Source: Massalongia carnosa (taxonomy: Eukaryota). Taken from it: DNA of 64,000 nt. The notes below the pieces were generated by a model, which worked only from the letters and a program-made list of their open reading frames with translations, had not been told where the DNA came from and did not search any database. The stretch covers positions 310,001 through 374,000 of the forward strand of contig OZ287088.1 of assembly GCA_965645245.1 (NCBI GenBank), given 5' to 3'. The translations under genes were made by a program, and so were the position numbers. Positions 12,118 through 23,875 of this stretch are shown here, one piece after another (the stretch's first letter is position 1; each line of letters begins with the position of its first letter).

Positions 12118-14246
12118 CTAGCTACTCGGTCGCAATTGCCTCGTCAGTCCTACCCCTTCTTCCCCTGCCCCCCCTGCCCCCCCTGCCCGCCTCGCCGACC
12201 TTTTTCGCCTTGTCCGCCTTGTCCGCCCTGTCCGCCCTGTCCGCCCTGCCCGCCCTAGTTGCTGCTTGAGTCGCAGGCCTGGATGAGGCACGAGTGCCTG
12301 CCACCTAACCTTCATCTCGTCGTCGCTCGCGCCCGCGCCCGCGCCCGCGTCCCGCTGGTGTAGCCTCAGCTCTTGCCAGAACTCGTTCGATATCCGCTGG
12401 CAGTTCATTCCCATGTTGCTCTGCTATTTCACCTTCAACGATTTCGAATTGAGATGGATTCCGATAGGTGGAGTTGTCCAATGCTTGTCTACGATTCTCC
12501 GCCCCTGCAGGACGTCCTCGAGGTTGGACAACTGCTGGTTCTTCCACCTGAAGTAGCGGATCGAGAGCTGGATCATTGATTGGATCAGGTAAGGAAGATC
12601 TTTCAAACCTCCAATGAGGATGGACATCTTCCAAAATCAGACATCCCTCAGGTCCGAATAAACGTTCCTGCATTTTGTGACTGCATGGTAATCCGGTAGT
12701 AGTTGTAAAGCTTCCAGTGCAACGATTGACTGCCGTTGCTTGGTCCGTCAACAGTCTGTATTGATCATCCATTCTTCTCAATGCGTATGGGGTTACGAAC
12801 GCCGCGATGCGATTGAAAACTGGTTTTCGAAGATCCATAGGGTATCGCATCTTCGCTTCGTCAAAGGCTATCATGTAATTTTGTCGCTCGTTGATTAGAA
12901 GTAGGTTGATGCCATCTACAACTGTTTTCAAATCTCCTACAGCTCAGTCAGTATTGAATGTTTCTTAGGGTTATACTCATTACCTGTTGATACTCCGAGA
13001 TGACGTTTAAGAGCTGCGTGCCCCCCCTCACCTCTAGAAGTAGTTGTGGTTCCGAAATGTAACACCTGATCGGTTTGAAATTTCACGAAGCGACGATGAA
13101 AGGACATGATGTACGTTTCTCGCAGATAATCCAAACATTCTCTATGCGTTAGATAGTAGGTGTCATTCATTCCCTGCCACGCCGACTCGTAATCAACTCT
13201 GGAAGCGGCGTATACAACAGAAGTCCAGGCGGATATGAAGTCATCCCATTCTTCTTTGGTATTGAAGTCTTTCTTGCAATTTGCCGTCACATTCTTGTTG
13301 ATATGCCAAAGACAGAGCAGATGATTCGTATTGGGAAAGATCAATCGCACGGCATTCATCAACCCACGTTCCATGTCAGTCACAACAACCACCGGATCTG
13401 GAAGTTGCAACTGCGCATACAACGACTTCAATTGTCCCAATGTCCACTCATAATCCACCTGCTTCTCTTTTGCCATGAAGCAAAACGCGACATAGAAATT
13501 AGTATGTAGGGCCGTTTGCCCGCTGATGATCAGCAACGGAAGTTTATATCTGTTGGTTTTGTAGGTGCAATCCATGACCAGAAATTCATGATTGACCTTC
13601 AGTAGAGTTTGAGATGTTCCTCTCACGAAGAATAAGTGGGTGATCTGATTGCGAATGTCTTTCTGATAGTTGTACGTCCAGTCGTTTTGATCAAGTTCCT
13701 GCATCAATGCCTGAACCGGGGTTAAAGGACCTAGAGTATCTCGTCTCAGCTGTGCCTTGATGTTGTAGATATCTCGAGCTTGAATAACGCATTGTTGTCA
13801 TCGGCGTCAATACGAAGGGTGGAGAGAATCTTAGAAGGAGCTGTTTGCACGGTCAATTGTCTAGAGATGTCGTTCTTAATCTCTTCAGTCATAGCCATTT
13901 TGCGTAACTTTGGATGCGATCCAGCAATTGTAGCTTCATGATTATGGAATGGGTTGATTACTTCCAATAACCAGGTTCCATCCACTCTGTTTCGCACCGC
14001 CGTGACCTTGAACTGACAATCGATGATTCGAGTATTGGTATGACGTCTATCTCTGCCTCGAGGTATTCGATTGCTACCTCCCCTGTCGCAGCGCAACCAG
14101 ACTTTCCTCTTGATGCCAAGATCTGATTTCTTTGATCTAGCTGTGACCACCGCGTATCCTTCTGAGCCGGCGTGAGTATTGACGCTGAGAATGAGTTCTT
14201 CCAAGGTGGAAAAAACCTGGTCATCATTAGGAGGAGCCAGAGGCAT
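12118..14246 (-). pseudogene. MULE transposase (FAR1-like DNA-binding domain, MULE DDE, SWIM-like C-terminus)
   Basis: CDRGG..CQFKV..HNH, MDCTYKTNRYKLPL, VVTDMERGL, LCLWHINKN, TTSRGEGGH, CTG..GLPCSH. Likely intron ~12937-12983, frameshift ~13775, RG-rich tail. Confidence 0.9.
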
Positions 14247-14682
14247 GATTTGAGAATGATTGAGAAAGATGATGCATCAATTGAAAATTTCAAGATCTCA
14301 TCTGATTTTTCATCTGCTAACCAAGAAAGGTAAAGTGGTGCGAAATGTGCCGGCCCTTTACCTTTTTCGAAAGAGGGTGTATATGTATCAAGTGCTCGGT
14401 GTACATGCATCAAGTGCCTGGTGTACATGCATCCTACCCGGTGTCCCCGTATCCGAACCCGATTTTAATGGGGTAAAGTCGCCTACACGTTGCCAGTTTT
14501 TTTTTCAGGGGCGTGCTAGGGCAGCCGTAGATTGACCTGTTCAATGAACCTCCACGTCTCATGTTTAATGAAATATAAATTCACTTTGTAGGTATAGTAG
14601 CATGATTGTCATTGAAGGTAATTATCTATGTGGGCTATTTGTCTGCTTTATATAGCAGTCACAAAACAGTTACATCTAGGAG

Positions 14683-14765
14683 CCCTGACGGTCAGACCTT
14701 GTCCCCTGACGGTCAGACCTTGTCCCCTGACGGTCAGACCTTGTCCCCTGACGGTCAGACCTTGT
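14683..14765. repeat. 21-bp minisatellite, about 4 copies
   Basis: ccctgacggtcagaccttgtc repeated head-to-tail with no spacers. Confidence 0.95.
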
Positions 14766-14991
14766 TTCCCATATCTGCTTTTTTTTAGGCACTTTGCAAG
14801 GCACCTCCCGAACTGCCTGTTAGGCACCTCCTATAGATGCCTGGCAGGCACCCGTGGGACTCACGATGGATGCCTATATTAGTGGTTGTCTGACCATCTA
14901 ACCGATGGTAGCCTTACCATTTAACAATGTTCACACCATGACAGGTGGCGGGTCGGGTTCGACTAGTCAAAACCCGACCCAACCCGACTCG

Positions 14992-15228
14992 TTACGCGGC
15001 GTATTTACAGATTATATCTGATTGTTCGTATTCTTTTGACATTTGAACGTAAAGTAACTGGTTAATTATTTCGTATAAGAATGCAGTGACGATATTAAGT
15101 TGTTTAATATTCAGATCATAATAAACTACTACAAAAATAATAATCGAATGATTATAAATTTTATCATTAAAACGAACATTTGTTTGAGGTTTATCTCGTA
15201 TTATTGAAAATAATCTTTTATAACATAT
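14992..15228 (-). pseudogene. AT-rich relic of a Ty1/copia reverse transcriptase
   Basis: YYDLNIKQLNIVTAFLYEIINQLLYVQMSKEYE resembles the copia RT motif 'QMDVVTAFLYG..VYVQMPKGY' with G>A/C>T decay. Confidence 0.65.
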
Positions 15229-16276
15229 TGTGATAGGGTGAATAGGGACAAGGGTAGGTGCTGAGGGGAGGGGGGGGATTGGTGTGGACGGAGCGGAGGG
15301 GAGGTTTTTCCGGGGCTGAGGCGCCCATTTTTCTATAGATAGGGGAAGTTTCACCCTCTAGACAGACAGGCAGTCAACATTTTTCTTTCCTTCAGAGTCA
15401 GTATTCGTGTCCGAGTGACAGTGTCAGAGTGGCCGAGTCGTCACCGCCAACGTTCTGTTTGTTGTTTTCACGTGTGTTCCTTGTTTGCTTTCTGCCGGTC
15501 TTCTCTCCTTGAGGTCATCACGTATGCACCACCCACGACTACCACTCTTCATTGGCGACCACGGTGCGATGACCTTTTGAGGCTATTCGGTAGAAGCAAG
15601 AGTCCAGAGAGATCAACGAGTGCAGATTCGAACGCAAAGAGAGTGGGAACGCGTTTGACCCTGAAAAAGCCAAGAGTTCAAAAGGGGCGGGGCACGGATC
15701 GTGAACTAACCTTCAGAGTGTTTCTTATTTCTTTGTTTGATAGTGGGATCGAGTTCGACCTTGATGTTCTAGACCGAAGGCGGTGAGCTGAAAGAAGACC
15801 AATTGGAAGTCTAAGAAGCAATCCGCGGGACGACGCAAGCCATACTTTACCCTTTTTGGAAGCATCGTCGGGTTTTAGCGAGTGGCAAATCCCGAAAAAC
15901 CTCAATACTGGTGGCAGCGGCCTATGCGACGGCGCGTCTGGACTAACGAAAAATGGTTACTATTTCGCTACAAGTTCCCGATTCCATGCTGTTATGGCTC
16001 GGCAAAAAATATCTCCAAGAGGTCCGAGACATGGAGCCATTGTTCCGAGAGTACTATAAGACTGAGCCTTTCGGCCGCGTAAAGAAGAGACGCGACAAAA
16101 AGACAGAGAAAAATCAGAGAGTGAGCAGAAAAGAAAATTCGAAAAAAGTTCATCGTTCTGTTATTAGAAAATCGAGATCCCGAAATTTTCCTTGTGTTTC
16201 TTACCCCCCTAGTTTAGTGCCTCATTCCTTGGAGCAATTGGGTACAGTATACGACAAGTCTTACAGTGAGCTGATC

Positions 16277-18829
16277 ATGTCCAATAGTGACCCTTTTAGC
16301 CTGCGACCGGAGACACTCGAACAAAAATCCGAAGACTCTACTCCTGACGCCTCCATACCTTCAGAAAAAGCTCCTGCAGGTGAGCCTGTGTACCAACCGA
16401 CGGCGGAATTGCCACCACCTCCTGCTATAGGACCGTTCCCGATGGACCCGCGTTTTTATATGGCCTTACCTCAATCTGGTTCCCCTGGAACGCCCTTTTT
16501 CACGGGAGGAAATGTCACCGATTTCCTGGATCGCTATCTTCTTATGTGTCACGACTACCAACTCGCCGAAGATCAAATTATTCCACGTTTGCCCTGGTAC
16601 TGTGAGAACCTGATAGGCCAGAACGTCAAGTCTATGATCGAGTTTACCTCTGGTGATTGGGACAGCCTAGCCAAGGCAATGCGCAAGGAATACCGTCATA
16701 ATGACACCTCGCAACAAGTCAACTCTCGAGCTTTTCTGGAAGCACTAAAGAATAAGCCTCGCATGGAGGAGGATGACATACCGCTATATTGTCGTCGTTT
16801 TGTGGCTATTTGCAGGCAGCTTCCTGGCGGCCAAAGGCTTGACAATTTCACTCAATGTTCATGGTTTGTTCAAGGTTTACCGGAGAAATTATGTTCGGAG
16901 CTATTCATGCGATATGATATTGACCTAGAAGGCGACGAACCCCTGATGCTCGATACTTTGGTCCAGTACACTATAACTCTGGCTACCTCAAGGCAGCGCC
17001 TGAGAGATCTAGTACGAGGAGATAAGGAACAAGATAAGATTAGTGCCTTGGTGGATGATTATGGACGGGCAGCGAGCAAGCAAAAAGCCTCTCCTCCTAG
17101 TTCTTCTCTTACACAAGCGCCTATAGCCCCTCCGGTGATAGATACCAGGGCTATTATGAATAGCGCTATCGAGGAAATTACCCACGGTGTTAAAGATATG
17201 ATGTTGTCCACTGTGACTGCGGTGACCTCTAACATACAGAGCAATGTGATGCAAGCGCCCCTACCGGGCCCACGACCTTACCGACCGTATCAGCCTCCTC
17301 CACTTCAGCAAAATTTCCAATCTGCCCCTACTGTAGTGCCAGAACAAACGACGTCGCAGCCTAGAAATGCACAGCCATCTTCTTCTCTGATCCCTCCCCA
17401 GGCACAAACGAACTCTGCTGGTGGCAATTACTCATCTTCGAACCCTCGACGTTGCAACTATTGTTGGTCTACTGATCATAGAGGCCGCTGGCAGTGCTCT
17501 GATTATAGGGCTGACCTCTCCAGCAATCGTATACATTTAAACTTCGAGGGTCGGATATGTGTAGGACCTCCGAACCCAGGCGCACGTCCCGTACAGATGA
17601 GGCTGGACCGTTCTCAAAGACAGTGTGTGGCAGAGTCCGAACGGCTTCGCTATTCTGCCCCTGCGGCCACGGTTGAAGCTAATACGGTGCGTGTTGGAGA
17701 GCTCGAACCTGATGAGTTGTCTAGTGAAGGCGAGAGTTGGGACGACAAAGATTTTGGCCTTTGCATTGTGGAACATCGCACGGATAGTACCAAGGAGGCA
17801 ATAGTAAACGCCGCCCGAGTCAATGAGAAGCCGAAGAGTACCGCCAATTTTCATGAGCCAGTTCGCCGGATATTGAAACGAAAAGTTGAGAAAGAGGAAA
17901 AGCTTCCTACTCCAAAGAATACGAGCTTTGGTAGTTGGCAGCAAGTGACTGTGGAAGATGCGACAGAAGATACTGACATGGAAGAAGTTGAGGAGTTTGT
18001 GACTTATCCAAATGGAACACCGGAGGTTTCTTCTACGAAGAAAAACGTGACTTTTGCGGACAATAAGAAGAAAGCTATAGCCGATAAGAAGGAGACTTCG
18101 TCTGAGCCTAAAGTAGTGGAAATTGATGAGGCCAAGGAGAAGCCTCCTCGAGCTCTCCGTTTGCCAGAGCTGACAAAAATCGACATGGATGATGAAACAC
18201 TGATGAAAAAGGTGACTCAAATACCGATAACCATGCCCTTGTCCGAGTTATGGTCCATATCTCCTCGGGTGCGAGAGCTCTTTTCCAAGCCTATAAAGCA
18301 TCCTAAACCTCCGACCGCGCATGTTAGTTCACTGGGCGTTAGCGATGATGCGATGATGGGTAGCGGACAGATTCCGAAGCTTTTGTATTCCTTATCCACT
18401 CCTAAGGCTCCTGTTCGATTAGAAGGCTTTCTCAAAAGTGTAGCTCTTCTAGATTCTGGCGCGGAAGTCAATGTGATGACCTCTAAGCTTATGCATCAAG
18501 CTGGACTATCCTGGAGACCGGCTCCTCACTTGGGTTTGGTTTCTCACACCGGGCACCGAAAACACTTCGATGGAGTATGCGAGAATGTTGAGATAAACAT
18601 TGGGGGTCTAAAGAGTTTTCAACAGGTGTTTGTAGTGGACTCCGTGGATCATCAACTGGTCCTGGGTGCGCCTTTCTTGTTTATGGTGGAGCTGCAGTAT
18701 GAGTACCGTCCTCAGGGAGCTTTTGCGGTCATCAATAACTGTACTGGTCATAAGTCCGTCGTGTTCCGAGCTATTGATTATCAAGACGAAGGCAACCGGC
18801 AGGAGGAGGACATTTTTCCTTTAAACTAG
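16277..18829 (+). CDS. Gag-protease polyprotein
   Basis: Within ORF 15953-18829; likely start MSNSDP. PFFTGGNVTDFL gag motif, CNYCWSTDH..C knuckle, LLDSGAEVN protease. Confidence 0.85.
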   Translation: MSNSDPFSLRPETLEQKSEDSTPDASIPSEKAPAGEPVYQPTAELPPPPAIGPFPMDPRFYMALPQSGSPGTPFFTGGNVTDFLDRYLLMCHDYQLAEDQIIPRLPWYCENLIGQNVKSMIEFTSGDWDSLAKAMRKEYRHNDTSQQVNSRAFLEALKNKPRMEEDDIPLYCRRFVAICRQLPGGQRLDNFTQCSWFVQGLPEKLCSELFMRYDIDLEGDEPLMLDTLVQYTITLATSRQRLRDLVRGDKEQDKISALVDDYGRAASKQKASPPSSSLTQAPIAPPVIDTRAIMNSAIEEITHGVKDMMLSTVTAVTSNIQSNVMQAPLPGPRPYRPYQPPPLQQNFQSAPTVVPEQTTSQPRNAQPSSSLIPPQAQTNSAGGNYSSSNPRRCNYCWSTDHRGRWQCSDYRADLSSNRIHLNFEGRICVGPPNPGARPVQMRLDRSQRQCVAESERLRYSAPAATVEANTVRVGELEPDELSSEGESWDDKDFGLCIVEHRTDSTKEAIVNAARVNEKPKSTANFHEPVRRILKRKVEKEEKLPTPKNTSFGSWQQVTVEDATEDTDMEEVEEFVTYPNGTPEVSSTKKNVTFADNKKKAIADKKETSSEPKVVEIDEAKEKPPRALRLPELTKIDMDDETLMKKVTQIPITMPLSELWSISPRVRELFSKPIKHPKPPTAHVSSLGVSDDAMMGSGQIPKLLYSLSTPKAPVRLEGFLKSVALLDSGAEVNVMTSKLMHQAGLSWRPAPHLGLVSHTGHRKHFDGVCENVEINIGGLKSFQQVFVVDSVDHQLVLGAPFLFMVELQYEYRPQGAFAVINNCTGHKSVVFRAIDYQDEGNRQEEDIFPLN

Positions 18830-18950
18830 AATGCAGGCGAGCTGTCGGGGGTTTGTCTGCGGCGTGGAGTTCGAATAGCCGAGGAAGAAAGAAAAGCGCG
18901 CTAGTCCCAATGCGTCACTTAATCTTGGATTAAGTAACCGATTAGGCCTA

Positions 18951-21900
18951 GTGCACCGTTCTGACGCTAAATCCAAAGTAGCTGCAGCTTGCATCCTTAG
19001 CGGTAGGCTTAGGGTTGGAACATCCACTAGTCCGCATTGGGAGTTTGTACCCAGTTTTGATATTGGGCAGGAGTTTCGGTTATCACGCAAGTTTGATTTA
19101 TTTTCGGTTTCGCAAGCAAGAGATAGAGATAGGGAGTTTGTTCGGGTTGATGGAGCATACAAGAGAAAGGGTGATAAGGTGCGCCCGGCGGAAAGATGGA
19201 TTTCTGACGGTTCAATGCCTGGGGGGATGCCTGATTGGAGAGAAAGAGCTTTGGAGAGGGAAAGAGCGATGCCTAGGTTGCCCAACGAAAAATATCCAGG
19301 GTGGTTGATACCGAAATTATCACGTATGGCGCGAGGAGCACGATTGACTCCAGAAAGATTGCAAAAGATTCGAGTAGGGGATGGGTTGTCCATGGAAGAG
19401 AGAGACCTTTTGGCCGAAGTCCTACACGGTAGGGAAGCTGCACTCGCTTGGGACTTTTCAGAGATGGGACTGGTCCGACCAGAAGTGGCGCCTCCGCAGG
19501 AGATCCGTACGATCGAGCATAAGCCTTGGCAGCATCCTGGTTTCGCTATTCCAAAATCACTACAGGAGAAGACCATCGAAATGGTAAAAGAGCGCCTTGC
19601 GATCGGAGCAATAGAACCTTGCCATGGTCATTATCGCAATCCTTGGTATGTCATAGGGAAAAAGGAGAAGGGAAAATATAGGCTCATCAATGCCTGCACG
19701 GAAATGAACAGAGTTACCTTGCGGGACGCCACTTTACCTCCTATGGCGGACGATTTTGCTGAGAACTTCGCGGGATGTTCGGTAGCGTCGTTGGTGGACT
19801 GGTTTTCCGGATATGATCAAATTTCGCTAGACCTCAAGAGCAGAGACTATACAGCTTTTCAGACGGCACTAGGACTCATGAGGATGACTCGACTTCCTCA
19901 AGGAGCCACCAATTCCGTGGGACAATTTGTTAGGATAAATAATCAAATCCTCCAGGCTCAGATACCTCATAATGCGGAACCTTTCGTGGATGATGTGGGA
20001 GTCAAAGGGCCCAAGACAAAGTATGACAATGAAATGGTCGCCCCTGGCATCCGCCGATTTATAAAGGAACATCTTCAGGCGCTGGACGAGGTTCTAGCCG
20101 ATTATGAGAGAGCTGGTGTGACTATCTCGGGGGCAAAATCACAACTTGCCATGCCTGGGATCCGTATTGTTGGTTATATTTGTGACTATGACGGTCGACA
20201 TCCGGATACTGCCAAGGTCATAAAAATTGTTGATTGGCCTCCTTGTCAGGATGTTACCGGTGCACGAGCTTTCATCGGTGTTTGCGTGTACTATCGTATA
20301 TGGATCTTTGAGTTTGCCATCGTCGCTGAGCCTATCTACCGTCTGTTCAAAAAGAAGATCCTTTTTGTTTGGGGAGTAGAGCAACAGGAAGCCATGGATA
20401 AGCTGAAACTTGCGTTGACTACCTCTCCGGCACTGCGGTCGCTGGATTATTCGATAGGAGCTGGGCTCATCATTTTGGGAGTGGATTCGAGTGGTAAGGG
20501 ATGGGTGCCGTCTTGATGCAGGAGTGGGAGGGCAAGCGACACCCTTCGCGATATGAAAGTGGTATTTGGTCCGACGCCGAAAGTCCTATGATGCGACGAA
20601 GAGAGAGTGTAGAGGGGTCTTGAAGGCTCTCAAGAAGGTCCGCAACTATCTTTATGGAGTACATTTCTTGTTGGAGACAGATGCTTCGGTGCTTGTGGCT
20701 CAATTAAATCGTGGAGGGACGGATTTGCCAGGTGCGCTTGTTACCAGATGGATAGCTTGGATTCAGCTCTTCGACTTTGACGTGAAGCACGTTGCGGGTA
20801 AAAAGCATACAGCAGCAGATGGACTGTCTCGTAAACCCCCTACCGAAGACGATATACGGGAGAGAGAGATGGAAGAAGACATAGAAGATTTTATTGATGC
20901 AGAATTAGGCTCTCTAAGAGTTGCCCCTATTTCCGTTACAGACGAACTGCCCTTAGAGGAGAGTTATTCAGAAAAATCTCAATAAATCGCTGCCTATCTT
21001 ACGAGTTTACAGAGACCGGCCGGCATGGGAAGGAAAGAGTTTTACAAGTTCAAGAAAGAAGCGATGAGATACTGTGTGCAGAGGAGAAAGCTGTTTCGAC
21101 GAAACAACAAAAATGTCCCCATACGAAGAGTTGTAGATGACGACAAGGAGAGACAGGAGATTATGGAAAAACTACATGATGAGAGTGGTCACAAAGGGAG
21201 AGAAGGGACCTACCGTAGGATTGCTGACCGCTACTGGTGGGAGGACCTTCATGCTCATGTCAAGGCCTACGTACGAAGTTGCGAGAGATGTCAAATGCGG
21301 GACCCTACACGGCAGGAAGAAGCTCTACATCCTACCTGGATAAGTCTTTGTTGGGCCAAAGTAGGTCTGGATGTTGTGTACATGCCTTCAAGGGAGGGCA
21401 AGAAGTTCCTGGTGGCTGCTAGAGATGATCTTTCAGGCTGGGTAGAAGCTCGGGCAATAGGAAATGCCAATTCGTTGTCGGTCGCTAGGTTCCTTTGGGA
21501 AGATGTCATCTGCCGTCATGGTTGTTTTGGCCGCTTGGTTGTAGATGGAGGGCCGGAAAACAAGGATTTAGTTGAAGAACTCACAGCGCGATACGGAACT
21601 AAGAGGGTCCAGGTGTCTTCTTATCACCCACAGGCCAATGGTATGATCGAGAGGGGCCATAGACCCATTGTTGATGCACTGTCCAAGATGACCGATGGAG
21701 GGTTGGGAAATTGGGTCGAGAACCTACCCGCTGTATTATGGGCTGACCGTTCCACTGTCAAGAGTACCACCGGCTTATCCCCATATTATGTGACCTGTGG
21801 CAGTAAACCTGTTCTACCGATTGAGTTGGAGGTACCTACCTGGCGTATTCTTCCTTGGAGTGAGGTTCATACAACTGCCGAGCTATTAGCTATGAGAGCT

Positions 21901-22350
21901 CGTCAGCTTCAGAGGCGGAAGGAGGATCTTGAGGAAGCTGTGCATCATTTACAGCGCATGAGGATGGAAGGAAAAGAGGAGTTTGATGATGCGCACATAA
22001 TTAGAGCCAAAGAGCTAAAGAAAGGAGACTTAGTACTGCTCCATGACACCAAGAGAGATGCGGTGATGTCTACCTCCGTCAAACTGGCCTATCGATGGCT
22101 GGGACCATACAGGATACATGAAGCTAAACCCGAGAAGGGGACATACCTTCTAGCAGAATTGGACGGGACGGTCTTGGCTAACACCTTTGCGGGCAATCGG
22201 TTGAAAGAATTCCACCCCAGACAAGACCTTACTCGTATTACGACTCCGGAGCATGACACAGAAGAAGTCAACATTGATCCCAGACAGCATGCAATTCCCG
22301 AAGGTTGGCCGTTAGCGGTAGTTGTTCCTCCGATCTCCGGCATAGCATAG
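18951..22350 (+). pseudogene. Gypsy Pol (RT, RNase H, integrase) broken by frameshifts and a stop
   Basis: RLPQGATNS, FVDD, VDSSG, ETDAS, ADGLSR, H..GH..C..C, VVDGGPEN, HPQANGMIE, WLGPY. Confidence 0.9.
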
Positions 22351-22630
22351 ACCGAGTGTGTGTGTGTTTCTGACTGTAGTCGCTCTTTCATGATGATTTT
22401 CCTTTGTATAAGTGAAGAAGTGAGAGTTTCCTTGGATTTGAACTTCACGTATTGACCAATTTCCTCCCTCACCTAAAGACGTAGCCATAAGAACTCCTCA
22501 CGTCTTGTGTTCTCTCCTTCCTCAGCTTTCATCTTTTCATCAATCATCAGCAAAACTTTTACACCTAGTACAACTCCTCTCTTCTCATATTCACATCTGC
22601 CTTTCCATAACCTGATTGTGTGTTCCCATC

Positions 22631-23295
22631 ATGTCCTTCTCTGAGTTCCAGGTGGTCAAGATACGGGCCGGGGATAGAGAGTTCCTCACCCTAGATAGTG
22701 CGATTGCCTACATGGGCACATTACCACCACCAGTACGCCTTTAGGCACAGGAGTTAGTGGCCGGGTCGCTAGAAGAAATGGGCGCACATTTTGAGGACAC
22801 TGTAGCAAAATTCTGGGATTACTTAGAGTCCGATGGAACCATGAATGAACTGGTTACGGGGCGGAGTGGCCTGAGGGAGAGATTCGGATATGTGAAGACG
22901 GAGGCCGGGGAGTTGTGCACCGGACACGGGGGGAAAGATACTGGGGGAAGCGAAGAGACAAGAAGAGGACGAGAGATGCGCATGCACGGCACCAGAAGAG
23001 TGGGTAGCAGACCTAGGAGGGGGAGGGGGAATCGAGCTCCACCCGGAGTATCGAGCTCCTCTCCTTCCATTAGTATGGATCCATAGGTTTGTGTGTTCGT
23101 CACGTGAATATGCTTGCTGCCCTATTCGGACTAAAAACTCCTATCGAACCTAAGGAACAGGTGAGGCGGTTAGCAAGGTTGTGGGCAGAAAGGAAGAGAG
23201 GGGTGGACCGCTTGCGGTCCATGCCCGAGACGGACACGTGGTGGGACTTGGGAGCGCCGCCGACTGGGTGGGCGGATAGTACAGGCAGACATTGA
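22631..23295 (+). pseudogene. Extra ORF between integrase and the 3' LTR, unknown function
   Basis: ATG 22631 (MSFSEFQ) is in frame with ORF 22757-23086 across one TAG; continues in another frame at 23089-23295. Confidence 0.4.
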
Positions 23296-23875
23296 TGCCA
23301 GGGGACGGCATCAATGGGGGTCTGTGGGTGTGTGATAGGGTGAATAGGGACAAGGGTAGGTGCTGAGGGGAGAGGGGGGGGATTGGTGTGGACGGAGCGG
23401 AGGGGAGGTTTTTCCGGGGCTGAGGCGCCCATTTTTCTATAGATAGGGGAAGTTTCACCCTCTAGACAGACAGGCAATCAACATTTTTCTTTCCTTCAGA
23501 GTCAGTATTCGTGTCCGAGTGACAGTGTCAGAGTGGCCGAGTCGTCACCGCCAACGTTCTGTTTGTTGTTTTCACGTGTGTTCCTTGTTTGCTTTCTGCC
23601 GGTCTTCTCTCCTTGAGGTCATCACGTATGCACCACCCACGACTACCCCTCTTCAGTAGTTGTCGCATGGTAGCAAAAAATAGAAATTTTGGCGTTCTCA
23701 CCGGGTTCGGCGTTTCACCCGGAAATGCCGGGAGTTGTTGATTTTGGTTGGGTAAGATTTTGTTGTTATCATGCGCGGGCGTACTCAGTACCTCAGACGG
23801 GCTGTGGCTCAGCCATTCACCTTTATAACCTTTTCCGGTTAACTCGGCGCTAACTTATTTAGCCTACTCGGGGTG

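Larger units (their letters stand above)
10214..14460 (-). mobile_element. Mutator-like (MULE) DNA transposon B
   Basis: Long TIRs starting gggttcggatacggggacaccgggtagg and ending gtccccgtatccgaaccc; 8-bp TSD gattttaa (10206-10213, 14461-14468). Confidence 0.92.
8945..14515 (-). mobile_element. Tc1/IS630-like DNA transposon A with CACG..CGTG termini (hosts nested MULE and Tc1-like C)
   Basis: TIR cacgcccttgaaaaaaaaactggcaacgtgtaagcga at 8945 and its near-complement ending caggggcgtg at 14515. Transposase at 9069-10175. Confidence 0.85.
15229..23655 (+). mobile_element. Ty3/gypsy LTR retrotransposon, full length but pol disrupted
   Basis: LTRs 15229-15551 and 23331-23655 (TG..CA, nearly identical); PBS tggcgacc after the 5' LTR; gag-protease, RT-RH and integrase present. 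Flanks do not form a TSD. Confidence 0.95.

Noticed and set aside
8923..14519. TSD for Tc1-like element A
   Set aside because: The flanks share only CTAG and the YR 5' end is missing here, so a deletion has probably erased the junction; no TSD can be called.
14683..14765. CRISPR-like array
   Set aside because: The 21-bp units are contiguous with no spacers, there are no cas genes, and the context is eukaryotic.
14940..14992. hAT-like terminus (gggtcgggtt / aacccgaccc palindrome)
   Set aside because: No partner end, TSD or transposase was found in the window.
17537..19576. Long antisense ORFs (227 and 251 aa) and similar short overlapping ORFs elsewhere
   Set aside because: They are shadows of gag/pol or transposase frames with no motifs of their own.
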